A stretch of 64,000 nt of DNA, from NCBI GenBank assembly GCA_963840765.1, contig CAWJAE010000010.1, positions 25,540 to 89,539 of the forward strand. Direction: 5' to 3'. The notes under the pieces are model-generated. The model was not told the origin of the DNA, did no database searches, and saw nothing but the letters and a program-made list of their open reading frames with translations. Origin of the DNA: an uncultured Alphaproteobacteria bacterium. Lineage in GTDB: Bacteria; Pseudomonadota; Alphaproteobacteria; Rhizobiales; Aestuariivirgaceae. Below, one piece after another: positions 23,252-32,871 of this stretch. How positions within the stretch are numbered: position 1 is the stretch's first letter; each line of letters opens with the position of its first letter. Made by a program: the position numbers and the translations under genes.

Positions 23252-24439
23252 ATGCATGATTTGATTTCCAGCCTCACCCGCCCCGCACAAATTGAACCGG
23301 ACAGCGGCATCGTTACAGCAGCCATGTATGGCATGGCGAAACCCGACGTCATGGCCTTCTGGTCTGGCCAAGGCAATCTGCCGACACCGGAAGCTTTTTG
23401 CCGCCCCGCCATTGAAAGCCTTTTGGCGGGCGAAACATTTTACACGTGGCAGCGTGGTATTCCGGAATTGCGTGAGGCGCTGGTGCGCTATCATGCCAAG
23501 CATTTCGGCGTGAATTTGCACATCGATAATTTCGGCATCACGGGTGGTGGCATGCAAGCCATCCAGAATGCCATTCAGATGATTGCAGCTGATGGTGATG
23601 AGATTATTATACCCACACCGGCCTGGCCCAATTACGCAGGACCGCTTCGCCTGCAAGGCACCAAGCCGGTGGAAGTGCCAATGCGTTTTGCCAATGGCAC
23701 ATGGTCATTGGATTTGGAAAAACTATTTGCGGCACTCACACCGCGCACCAAAGCTATTTGCATCAATTCGCCTTCCAACCCTTTGGGCTGGACTGCAACG
23801 CGGGATGACCTGATTGCCATTCGTGATTTTGCGCGCAAATCCGGTATCTGGATTTTGGCTGATGAAGTTTATGGCCGCTTTTACTTCAGCGCCACGGGTG
23901 CAAAACGCGCGCCCTCATTCCTAGATGTGTGTGACCCTGAGGAACGCCTAATCCTGTGCAACACATTTTCAAAGAATTGGGCGATGACGGGATGGCGGCA
24001 AGGCTGGATTCAAACACCGCGCGAATTGTCGCCTATTGTGGAACGCTTCATCCAATACAACACGTCTGGCTCTCCGGTGTTCTTGCAAAAAGGATGTGCG
24101 GTAGCACTCGATATCGGTGATGATTTTATAGATAGTCAGGTTGCCACGGCCCGCAAGAACCGGGACGATGTGGTGGACGCATTCAAGCAGAATGAACGCC
24201 TGCACTTTCAAGTGCCGGACGGCGCGTTTTATATGTTCTTCTCGATTGATGGCATGACGGATTCTCTGGCCACTTGCTTGCGCATCATTGATGAGGCGGG
24301 CGTGGGCTTTGCACCCGGCGGCACATTTGGTCCCGGCGGCGAAGGCTTTTTGCGCATGTGCTATCTCAAGAACGAAGACACCTTGCGTCAAGGCTTGGAC
24401 CGGTTCTCAAGTTGGTTGAAAACCGGTCGCGTCGTTTAA
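23252..24439 (+). CDS. Class I/II PLP-dependent aminotransferase
   Basis: INSPSNPLG, ILADEVY, NTFSKNWAMTGWRQGW, APGGTFG..FLRMC. Confidence 0.9.
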   Translation: MHDLISSLTRPAQIEPDSGIVTAAMYGMAKPDVMAFWSGQGNLPTPEAFCRPAIESLLAGETFYTWQRGIPELREALVRYHAKHFGVNLHIDNFGITGGGMQAIQNAIQMIAADGDEIIIPTPAWPNYAGPLRLQGTKPVEVPMRFANGTWSLDLEKLFAALTPRTKAICINSPSNPLGWTATRDDLIAIRDFARKSGIWILADEVYGRFYFSATGAKRAPSFLDVCDPEERLILCNTFSKNWAMTGWRQGWIQTPRELSPIVERFIQYNTSGSPVFLQKGCAVALDIGDDFIDSQVATARKNRDDVVDAFKQNERLHFQVPDGAFYMFFSIDGMTDSLATCLRIIDEAGVGFAPGGTFGPGGEGFLRMCYLKNEDTLRQGLDRFSSWLKTGRVV

Positions 24440-24441
24440 TC

Positions 24442-25362
24442 TTAGTTTCCGAAACCCAAGGCACCGCTGCGGAACAGCTTGCCTGTGGCGCCGGAAGAAG
24501 GACCACCGAATGACCACGTGGCACTGGTGCGTAGGCTCACGCCATCTGACGAGGTGTCATCAAAGGCCATGGCGGTGTAACCGCCGCTGACAGCCAGCGT
24601 GAGTGGCGTTTGATCAAAGGTATAATTACCGGTGATGCCGAGGTTGAGAATGTCAATGCTTGCATCAGTCGAAACACCGATGTGCGAATAAGCCACTTCA
24701 GCGCGGCCGCTGATGTTTTGATTGAAGCGGTGATGAATGCTGGCACCGGCCATGCCGCCCATGTTCTTGCCGAGAATATCAGTCTTCTTGAATGTTTCGA
24801 CTGTCACGCCGTCATTGATGGTTGCATTGATGTAGACGGGGTCAATAATGCCGACGCGGCCTTGCAACCATGTCGCGTCGTCCACTTCAGTCAAAGCTTC
24901 CACACCCAATGTGGCTGTACCGATTGTCAGGTCAACTTCTTCTACACTCGTGGTGTCTTCAGCTTGGAAGGTAATCGAGCCATAACCTGCAAACAGCCCA
25001 AGCTTGGTGCTGCTGTCAGTGCGATAGGTCATATGTGCGGCGGTATCGATGACGCTGATTGAACCATCCACGTTATCGATCGAGGGTTCAACCCATCCCA
25101 ATTCAACGTGGGATACGTCGCCGTCTACTTGCCAGCCCCAGGGTGAATCGCTGTAGTCTACCGCTAGCTTACCACCCCCGTTGATGCCGGGAATGCGGGT
25201 CGCTTCTCCATCCGTGTCATTCAATAGGCCAAATGCACCAATATGCAAATTACCGTAAACGCCGCCTGCTGCGGCTTCGCCGTCGAGATCCGCAGCAAAT
25301 ACTGTAGATGTGCACATCATCAATGACGCTGCGACAACGCCCACAACAGATTTCGTGACCAC
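24442..25362 (-). CDS. Hypothetical exported protein, probable outer-membrane beta-barrel
   Basis: Signal peptide ending VFA-ADL; alternating amphipathic Gly/aromatic segments (WGWQVDG, KLGLFAGY, ITGNYTF, ATWSFGG). Confidence 0.65.
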   Translation of the reverse strand: MVTKSVVGVVAASLMMCTSTVFAADLDGEAAAGGVYGNLHIGAFGLLNDTDGEATRIPGINGGGKLAVDYSDSPWGWQVDGDVSHVELGWVEPSIDNVDGSISVIDTAAHMTYRTDSSTKLGLFAGYGSITFQAEDTTSVEEVDLTIGTATLGVEALTEVDDATWLQGRVGIIDPVYINATINDGVTVETFKKTDILGKNMGGMAGASIHHRFNQNISGRAEVAYSHIGVSTDASIDILNLGITGNYTFDQTPLTLAVSGGYTAMAFDDTSSDGVSLRTSATWSFGGPSSGATGKLFRSGALGFGN

Positions 25363-25480
25363 GGCAATTCCCTCTCATTTAAATCAATGTTTAAGAAATA
25401 GCGGGAGAGATTTAACGAAAGGTTGCATTGTGAAGTTAACGCACGCAAATTCGAACAAGAATTGCTGCCTTTTTGGATGG

Positions 25481-25492
25481 TGCATTGCACAA
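25481..25492 (+). promoter_or_regulatory. PhaR/AniA-like box TGCATTGCACAA
   Basis: Fits the TGCRNYGCASMA-type PhaR motif (recalled consensus). Confidence 0.4.
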
Positions 25493-25589
25493 AATTTCGA
25501 CTTCAACACAAACGCAGATTTGGACCCACATACGATTATTTCTTATTAATGCTTGTATTTCAATATCTTACCGTCATTTTGTGCGATTT

Positions 25590-25738
25590 ATAAAAGCTGG
25601 CACAGACCTTGCGATGTCGAAAGCATCGCATTCCTGTTTGGATCCTCCCATTTCTGGAACAGTTTGTTTCGCGATCGGCTTTAATCGGCTGAACTTGGGG
25701 ATGAGTTGGAGCGGGCCTCCAGTTCATCCCCCTTTTTT
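25590..25738 (+). ncRNA. Candidate sRNA with GAAA tetraloop, anti-SD CCUCCC loop and terminator (Rhizobiales-2-like architecture)
   Basis: TGCGATG(T)C-GAAA-GCATCGCA 25610-25630; CTGTT..AACAG stem exposing CCTCCC 25644-25649; terminator 25697-25738. Confidence 0.65.
25697..25738 (+). terminator. Rho-independent terminator on + strand with no + strand CDS upstream
   Basis: GGGGATGAGTTGGAG-CGGGC-CTCCAGTTCATCCCC then CTTTTTT. Confidence 0.85.
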
Positions 25739-26358
25739 CAGACTAAAGCTTTCACACCATCAATCATGAACTGCACGGCAAGTGCCGCGAGGATGATGCC
25801 CAGTAAACGCGAGATGACGGCGCGCCCGGTAATGCCAAGGGTTTTCGAAATGTGTTCAGCTGCTAAAAAACAAACGAAGCAAGACAGCATCACAAGTGCA
25901 GCCACAGCATAAAGCGCACCAAGTTTCGACCAGTCACCTTCTGCGCGTCCCGCCAGCAAGATCATTGCGGTAATTGCCCCGGGCCCCGCCAAAAGCGGAA
26001 TGGCCAAGGGGAATGCTGCAATGTTTTTGACGTGATCGACAGTGATCGCTTTGGAAGCTGTATCCTGCTGGCGTTGGCCGCGACGGTCAAACACCATTTC
26101 TGCTGCTGCTGACAGCAATAACAATCCACCTGCAATGCGGAATGCCGAAAGTGAAATGCCAAGCAATTACAACAATTTTGCACCCGCTAAACCCGCACTC
26201 AGCAAAATGCAAAACGCAATGACAGTGCCCCGCAAAGCAACTTCCTTACGCTGCTCCCGCGACATTTCGTTCGTGAGCCCCAGAAAAATGGCGCTCATGA
26301 AAATGGGGTCGCTGATGACAAGCAACGTGGCAATGGCGGAAGTGATATAATCTTGCAT
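25738..26358 (-). CDS. MarC family membrane protein (in-frame TAA at 26167-26169, probably an error)
   Basis: LLVISDP, LGISLSAFRIAGGLLL, FPLAIPLLAGPGAIT, SRLLGIILAALAVQF; both halves are in the same frame. Confidence 0.87.
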
Positions 26359-26372
26359 GGCAAGACAATCGC

Positions 26373-27913
26373 CTAGTTTACGGTGTTCGGCAACTCGCTC
26401 TCGCGTCGTGCAATGAAATCGCGCAAGCCTTCAGCCACACCTTCGTCCATTTTTGGTTTTTCATATTGCGCCAACATTGAACGAGCCTTGTCACGGCCAC
26501 GCGTGTCGTGGTCTTTGGCGCCCTCAACATTCCATTGCTCATATGAATTGAAATCCATGATCGACGGCATGAAGAAGGCTTTTTCAAAATGCTCAAGTGT
26601 GTGGGCGGTGCCGAGGAAGTGCCCTTGTGGGCCCACTTCGCGCACAGCGGCCATGGCTTCTTTGAAGTCATCAAACTTCAAGCCGCCTGCGTATTTATAC
26701 CAGCCCACCAGTTGCTCGGCATCAGTGACAAATTTGGAATAGCCGCAAGCAAGCCCGCTTCCAGCCAGCCCGCCACATGCCAGATGTAGTTGGCACCCGA
26801 CAAGATTGCCGCATGCATCAGCATGTTGGATTCATAACCTGCTTGCGCGTCATTTAATTTCGAACCGACGTGGAAACCAGATGTGCGCCAAGGAAGATTA
26901 TATTTCCGCGCCAATTGCCCCATCACAAACATCATCTGTGCGGCTTCCGGCGTGCCGCCCATCGGTGCTCCGGTTTTCATATCCACCGTCACCATGAATT
27001 GCCCATAGATGCAGGGCGCACCTTTGCGGATCAATTGTGTGAAGGCCACACCTGCCAGAGCTTCGGCATTCACTTGTGCCACCGCACCAATGGCCGATGC
27101 AGACGTTGATGCACCACACAAAGCAAATGGTGCGGCTATGATCGGTTGATTATTCGATGCATAAACCCGCATGGCATCCAGCATGGTCTGGTCCCACACC
27201 AGTGGCGAATTACAATTGGTGATCGACACGACAACGGTGTTGTCTTTCACAAACTCATTGCCAAACACGATGCCTGCCATTGCCATCACGTCTTCTGCCC
27301 GCTCTTTCGAGGTGACGATGCCCATGAAGGGCTTGTCGGAATGGGTGAGGGCTGAATTGATAATGTGGAGGTGGCGCTTGGGCACCGCAATTTCCATCGG
27401 CTCGCAGCAGATCGATGATGACGAATGAAGTGCCGGCAACATGTAAGCCAGCTTGTGAAAATTGTTGAGATCCTCAAGCGAACCATAACGCCTGACATTG
27501 TCGAGATCACGCACATAAGGTGCGCCATACATGGGCACGAAAATCTGGTTTTTGCCGCCCACTTTCACAGTGCGCTCCGGGTTGCGCGCGTGCAGCGTAA
27601 ATTCTGAGGGCACAGTCGAGATCAGCTGCATCAGCAATTCGCGGGGAATGCGCACCCGCGTGCCCTGTACGTCAGCACCTGCGGCCTTCCACATCGCAGG
27701 GGCTTGATCGTCGCGGAATTCGCAACCCACCTCTTCGAGAATTTTCATCGACTCATCATGGATCAGTTCCACGGCCTCGTCGGGCAACAACTCATAAGTC
27801 GGAATGTTGCGCACCAAAGTGGGGAATGACAACATAGGTGCTCCGCGCAATGCGCGTCTGCCATCACGTCCACCGGCGCGGCGATGAGTTGGTTGTGCGA
27901 TCTGATCTGTCAT
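26373..27913 (-). CDS. MttB-superfamily (non-pyrrolysine, MtgB-like) methyltransferase; one frameshift near 26750
   Basis: IHDESMKILEEVG, FTLHARNPE, NCNSPLVWD, VDMKTGAPMGGTPE, SKLNDAQAGYES, HVAGWLEAGL, EVGPQGHFLGTAHT. Confidence 0.9.
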
Positions 27914-27995
27914 GTGAATTCTCCCACGCTGACTATGGGCGAATGGAGGGCAGATGCACAAGACGCGTCCGCAGCAAGTTTCACATGAATTAAAT

Positions 27996-28892
27996 TCAAC
28001 CGATATTCGCAAGAAGCCATTCTTTTAACTTCACGGCCTCCGGCGAGAGTGGGCGCTTCATGCTCCACGTCAGGTAGAAACTTTGAGGTGCGGGCATTTC
28101 ATGTCCACCGATAACGCGCAAGCGCCGCGCTGCAACGAGTGGCTTCATAAAACTTTTCCACCCCAATACAATGCCCTGCCCGTCTAATGCAGCCTGCACG
28201 GCAATAACGTGACTGTTGAAGCGGCGCATGTTCAAATTGCGGGAGCGCACGTCGGCGTGGCGCAGAAAATCAGTCCAAGAGGTCCATGTCCAATCAATGC
28301 CTTCAACTGAAAGCAAGGGCAAAGCAACAATATCTGCCAGGGTCTTGATGTCGTGCCCCTTCAAGAAATCCGGTGAAGCAACAGCCATGATGTGGTCGTC
28401 GAACAGTTTAGTGGAATACTCGTCCTGAAACTGGCCTGAGCCATAGCGCACGCGCAAATCAACCGGGGAAATCGTGCTTTCCTGCGTTCGATCGGAAATG
28501 ACGTGATCGATTACGATATCTTTATGTTGTTTCCAGAACAGCCCAAGACGCGGCATAAGCCAGAACTGCGCAAAGGCACTTGTAGTGCCAACAGTTACTG
28601 CACGCTTTTGACCGCCTTCACGAAAACTGTCGAGCGTGTCTGCAATTTGTGAGAAAGCACCTTTCAAGGCATGCAGCAGGGCCGCACCTTCCACAGTTAA
28701 CTCCAGCGAACGATGCAAGCGGACAAACAGTTTGACGCCCATATCCGCTTCCAGAAACGAAATATGTTTTGATACGGCACCCGGCGTCACATTGAGTTCG
28801 GCTGCAGCCCGCGTCAGGCTCATATGTCTGCCTGCCGCCTCAAATGCGGCCAGACCATTGAGGGACGGGAAGTTGTAATGCTTGTGAGCCAT
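27996..28892 (-). CDS. LysR-family regulator (GcvA-like)
   Basis: PSLNGLAAFEAAGRHMSLTRAAAELNVTPGAVS, WLMPRL, AALDGQGIVLGW. Confidence 0.92.
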   Translation of the reverse strand: MAHKHYNFPSLNGLAAFEAAGRHMSLTRAAAELNVTPGAVSKHISFLEADMGVKLFVRLHRSLELTVEGAALLHALKGAFSQIADTLDSFREGGQKRAVTVGTTSAFAQFWLMPRLGLFWKQHKDIVIDHVISDRTQESTISPVDLRVRYGSGQFQDEYSTKLFDDHIMAVASPDFLKGHDIKTLADIVALPLLSVEGIDWTWTSWTDFLRHADVRSRNLNMRRFNSHVIAVQAALDGQGIVLGWKSFMKPLVAARRLRVIGGHEMPAPQSFYLTWSMKRPLSPEAVKLKEWLLANIG

Positions 28893-29111
28893 TCCTGCTG
28901 CATATCACAGCGCCTCCGCGTGAGGAATACTCAACCGAACCAATTATTGCTATGAAAAGTGCTGTGTTGACGCGCCGCCCACTTTCTACCACTATAGTTG
29001 AAGGGGATGCTTGCGCCGCAAACTGTAGCGGGGACAACACTGGGGTCGGTGGCGCGAAGCTTATTTAATTCATAACAAAAACGCTTCCCCCGAAGCGGCA
29101 GGGAAAAAATT

Positions 29112-30653
29112 ATGGCGGACATCCACCACGAGGACAAAAAACTCCTCCACGGCATGGGCTATGCGCAGGAGCTGTCTCGCTCCATGAGCAAGTTCTCAAA
29201 CTTTGCAATTTCGTTTTCGATCATCTGCATCTTGTCAGGTGGTATCAACTCATTCGCACAAGCCACATCTTCAATCGGCGGTGGGGGGGCTGGCATTGCC
29301 TGGCTTGTTGGTTGTTTGGTGTCCGGCATGTTTGCTCTGGCCATGGCACAAATTGCTTCAGCTTATCCAACGGCGGGCGGTCTTTATCACTGGGCTTCCA
29401 TTCTGGGCGGTCGTGGTTGGGGCTGGTTGACCGCATGGCTCAACTTCATTGGCCTCATCACGGTGCTTGGTGCCATTAACATCGGTACAGCCTTTTATTT
29501 CGCCGGCACGTTTGGTGGCGCATTCGGTTTCACCGGGGGTACGCCCGGTCAGATCGTTGGCTTTGTTGCACTCATTACGATTGCACAGGCCTTGCTCAAT
29601 CATTTCGGCATCAAGTTGACGTCGATGTTGACGGATGTTTCGGGCTACATCATCCTCATCACCACGGCAGCACTTGTTATTGGCTGTCTGGTATTCGCCC
29701 AATCGCTGGATTTCTCCCGCCTCTGGACATTCACCAATTACTCCGGTGAAGCTGGTGGCAATGTGTTCCCGCAATCAGACAGCATGACCTATCTCTTCCT
29801 GCTCTGCCTGTTGCTCCCAGTTTATACCATCACTGGCTACGACGCTTCGGCGCATACGTCGGAAGAAACCCACAACGCCGCCATGTCGGTACCACAAGGT
29901 ATCGTCTCCTCGGTCATCTGGTCGTCGCTTGCAGGTTGGATTATGCTCTGCGCGATCGTGCTTGCAATTCCTGACATGGCTGCAGGTGCCAAGCAGGGAT
30001 GGGGCGTATTCTTCGAAACCATGAATGTTGTTTTGCCAGCATGGTTGAAGACTCTGGTTTACCTTGGCATTTTGATCACACAATTCTTGTGTGGTTTGGC
30101 CACCGTAACCTCTGCCTCGCGCATGCTTTTCGCGTTCTCGCGCGATGATGGCATGCCAGTCGGATCCAAAGCCTTGGCAACCGTATCGACAAAGTGGCGC
30201 ACGCCAGTGAATGCCATCTGGACTGCTACGGCTTTGACAATCCTTTACGTGTTCCTTGCACAATTCATCTCGATTGGCGGCACGAACATTTACACCATCG
30301 TTGTGAACTCAACACTGGTGTTCCTCTTCCTGTCCTTCGTGATTCCAATTGCGCTCGGCATGATGGCGTTTGGTACTGCGAAGTGGCCAAAAGCCGGCCC
30401 CTGGGATTTGGGTGCAGGTGTATTCAAGTTGGTGAGTTTCCTGTCCATCGTCGGCATGGCCATCATCTTCTTCATCGCCATCCAGCCCCCTAATGACAAG
30501 GTTCTGTGGATCGTCGTAGGCTTTCTTGCACTTGCCGCTGTTCTGTGGTTTGGCGTGGAAAACAAACGGTTCAAAGGTCCACCAGTCGGTGACGAAATCA
30601 AGCGTCGCCAGGCTGAAATCGCCAAGAAGGAAGCTGTGTTCGGCGAGGCATAA
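29112..30653 (+). CDS. APC-superfamily amino acid/polyamine permease
   Basis: MGYAQELSRSMSKFSNFAISFSII, SAYPTAGGLYHW, GYDASAHTSEET, SRMLFAFSRD; ~12 TM segments. Confidence 0.92.
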   Translation: MADIHHEDKKLLHGMGYAQELSRSMSKFSNFAISFSIICILSGGINSFAQATSSIGGGGAGIAWLVGCLVSGMFALAMAQIASAYPTAGGLYHWASILGGRGWGWLTAWLNFIGLITVLGAINIGTAFYFAGTFGGAFGFTGGTPGQIVGFVALITIAQALLNHFGIKLTSMLTDVSGYIILITTAALVIGCLVFAQSLDFSRLWTFTNYSGEAGGNVFPQSDSMTYLFLLCLLLPVYTITGYDASAHTSEETHNAAMSVPQGIVSSVIWSSLAGWIMLCAIVLAIPDMAAGAKQGWGVFFETMNVVLPAWLKTLVYLGILITQFLCGLATVTSASRMLFAFSRDDGMPVGSKALATVSTKWRTPVNAIWTATALTILYVFLAQFISIGGTNIYTIVVNSTLVFLFLSFVIPIALGMMAFGTAKWPKAGPWDLGAGVFKLVSFLSIVGMAIIFFIAIQPPNDKVLWIVVGFLALAAVLWFGVENKRFKGPPVGDEIKRRQAEIAKKEAVFGEA

Positions 30654-30668
30654 TTTCTGACATCGCAT

Positions 30669-30709
30669 AAAAAAGGGCGGCCCATTCCATCGGCCGCCCT
30701 TTTCTTTTT
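30669..30709. terminator. Bidirectional intrinsic terminator
   Basis: AAAAAAGGGCGGCC-loop-GGCCGCCCTTTTCTTTTT between convergent genes. Confidence 0.85.
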
Positions 30710-30712
30710 GGC

Positions 30713-31249
30713 TCAAGCAGCTTTGGCTGCGGCTTCGTCCCCCACCGCGAACAGGCCAGCTGCGGCCACCAGACCCTCGGCGCCGTCCAAAGCCCCCGGA
30801 GTCAATTCCAATCCAAGAAAACGCGCACGCTCCACAGGTCCTGGCAAATGCAGGCTGCGGGTGTGGGACACCTCAAATCCAAAGCGGCTGTAGTAAGGCG
30901 CATCACCAACGAGCAAGATTGAATCATGCCCCAACACACGCGCGGTGTTGAGAGCATGGTCCATCAATTTGCGGCCAAGACCTTGCCCTTGCAGCTTGCA
31001 GTCCACCACCAGTGGTCCCAGCAACAATGATGGGCCAGCCGATCCTGCAATGATGGACCAAAGACGGACCGAGCCGATGACACGGCCCTTCGTATCTAAA
31101 GCAGTGAAGGCCAGGCCCTCCGCCGGCAAACGACCTTCACGCAGGCGCTCGGATGTTTTGCGGAGACGTGTCTTGCCAAAGGCCTTGTCCAAAAGGCGTT
31201 CGCGAGACACAACATCAGAGGCAATTTCGATGCGAATGGAAAATGTCAT
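30713..31249 (-). CDS. GNAT N-acetyltransferase (YhbS-like)
   Basis: RLREGRLP, LLGPLVV..QGQGLGRKLM, LLVGDAPYYSRFGF, LPGPV. Confidence 0.9.
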   Translation of the reverse strand: MTFSIRIEIASDVVSRERLLDKAFGKTRLRKTSERLREGRLPAEGLAFTALDTKGRVIGSVRLWSIIAGSAGPSLLLGPLVVDCKLQGQGLGRKLMDHALNTARVLGHDSILLVGDAPYYSRFGFEVSHTRSLHLPGPVERARFLGLELTPGALDGAEGLVAAAGLFAVGDEAAAKAA

Positions 31250-31289
31250 GGCTTTTCTCCCAGCGAATTTACAGTGGTGTGTGCAGCAA

Positions 31290-31393
31290 GCACCCACCCC
31301 CGCCCCCTCCCTCAAAGGGAGGAGAGAAGAATTGTGAAATAATGATTTTGATTTCCCCTCTCTTTCAGGGAGGGGCTAGGGGTGGCTGCCTGC
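31290..31393. repeat. REP/RIME-like paired palindromic element
   Basis: Arms CACCCCCGCCCCCTCCCTCAAAGGGAGG and CCCCTCTCTTTCAGGGAGGGGCTAGGGGTGG are inverted around an AT-rich spacer; each arm is itself a hairpin. Confidence 0.75.
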
Positions 31394-31414
31394 GATGAGC
31401 GCAGTCTTACACCG

Positions 31415-32548
31415 TTAAATCACATAAGCCTTGAGCGGCGGGAAGCCGTTGAAGGCGACGGCTGAGTAAGTTGTGGTGTAGGCGCCACAAGCTTCGATCA
31501 GCACTTCATCACCTACGGTCAACGAGATTGGCAAAGGGTAAGGCACCTTCTCGTAGAGCACATCAGCCGAGTCACAGGTTGGGCCTGCAATCACGCATGG
31601 CTCCATGGCGTCGCCGTCCTTTGCTGTGACCAATGGATAGCGAATGGCTTCATCCATGGTTTCAGCGAGGCCACCGAACTTGCCAATGTCGAGGTAAACC
31701 CAGCGCACATTGTCGTTCACATGCTTCTTCGAAATCAGCACAACTTCCGATTTGATGACACCAGCATTACCCACCATGCCGCGGCCTGGCTCAATGATGG
31801 TTTCAGGAATGGCGTTGCCAAAATGCTTGGCCAGCGCATCATGAATGGCATTGGCATACATGTTCTGGCCGGGAACGGCTTTCAGATATTTCGTTGGGAA
31901 GCCGCCACCGAGGTTGACCATTTCCAGTGTGATGCCATGGGAAAGCATGCGGTCAAAAATTGCCTTTGCTTCGCCAACGGCTTGGTCCCAAGCGCCCAAA
32001 CGGGTTTGTTGCGAACCCACATGGAATGAAATGCCATAGGCTTTGAGGCCAAGCTTGTGGGCATGCAGCAAAACATCTTCCGCCATTGAAGGCTCGCAGC
32101 CGAACTTGCGTGACAAGGGCCATTCGGCACCTGCACCATCAGCCAAGATGCGGCAGAACACCGAAGCACCGGGGGCAGCACGTGCTACCTTTTCTACTTC
32201 TTCGTCGGAATCAACGGCAAACAATTTGATGCCAAGCGCGTGGGCCTTTGCAATGTCGCGTTCTTTTTTGATGGTATTGCCGAATGACACGCGGTCTGGT
32301 GTTGCGCCAGCGGCAAGCGCCATTTCAACTTCGGCAACCGATGCGGTGTCGAAGCATGAGCCCAAGGAGGCCAGCAGCGCCAAGATCTTTGGTTCTGGAT
32401 TGGCTTTCACGGCGTAAAAAATGCGTGTGCCCGGCATTGTGCGGGCGAATGCTTCATAGTTGTCGCGCACAACATCAAGGTCGAGCACAAGGCAAGGGCC
32501 TTCGGGCTTTTCGCGTCGGATGAAGTCGATGATTTTTGCCGTTGCCAT
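31415..32548 (-). CDS. Type III PLP ornithine/lysine decarboxylase
   Basis: FYAVKANP, FDTAS, WPLSRKFG, SFHVGSQ, NLGGGFP, EPGR, AGPTCDSAD, GAYT...FNGF. Confidence 0.93.
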   Translation of the reverse strand: MATAKIIDFIRREKPEGPCLVLDLDVVRDNYEAFARTMPGTRIFYAVKANPEPKILALLASLGSCFDTASVAEVEMALAAGATPDRVSFGNTIKKERDIAKAHALGIKLFAVDSDEEVEKVARAAPGASVFCRILADGAGAEWPLSRKFGCEPSMAEDVLLHAHKLGLKAYGISFHVGSQQTRLGAWDQAVGEAKAIFDRMLSHGITLEMVNLGGGFPTKYLKAVPGQNMYANAIHDALAKHFGNAIPETIIEPGRGMVGNAGVIKSEVVLISKKHVNDNVRWVYLDIGKFGGLAETMDEAIRYPLVTAKDGDAMEPCVIAGPTCDSADVLYEKVPYPLPISLTVGDEVLIEACGAYTTTYSAVAFNGFPPLKAYVI

Positions 32549-32559
32549 GATGAAAGTTC

Positions 32560-32780
32560 CCGAAAAATAGAGATGACAGGACCAGTACCGGCGATGACCC
32601 AAGCGCGATGGAGACGCAAAGGACAATAACCCTTACTGACTTTCGCTTCTGATTGATTGGGATGGTGCCAACCGCACATCGAGCAGACTTGTGTTTGCCT
32701 CTGGTGTGCTGGCCTTTGGACGAAACCAGCGAGACGAGAAGCCCTCACCGTCGTTGCTTAGGGAAGAACCTTTGCGGCAC
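32560..32780 (-). ncRNA. alpha-r45 sRNA / speF leader cis-regulatory RNA
   Basis: Minus strand GTGCCGC...AAGCAACGACGGTG...GAGGCAAA...GTGCGGTTGGC...CCCAATC...TTGTCCTTTGCGTCTCCATCG directly upstream of the decarboxylase; matches recalled motif and synteny. Confidence 0.8.
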
Positions 32781-32871
32781 GTGCGACTTTGGACGGGCTG
32801 CATATGGTGGATTCGTGTGTCACATTCAAGAATTATTTTGGGCGAAGTAAAAATAATTTTCTTAACACTTA

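Noticed and set aside
26167-26169. Stop-codon recoding in marC
   Set aside because: Single TAA, which is used as a normal stop throughout the window; a one-base error from GAA/CAA is simpler
26373-27913. Pyrrolysine readthrough in MttB
   Set aside because: The break is a 1-nt frameshift, not an in-frame TAG, and no pyl genes are present
29000-29060. Guanidine-II riboswitch upstream of the permease
   Set aside because: No tandem ACGR-loop hairpins
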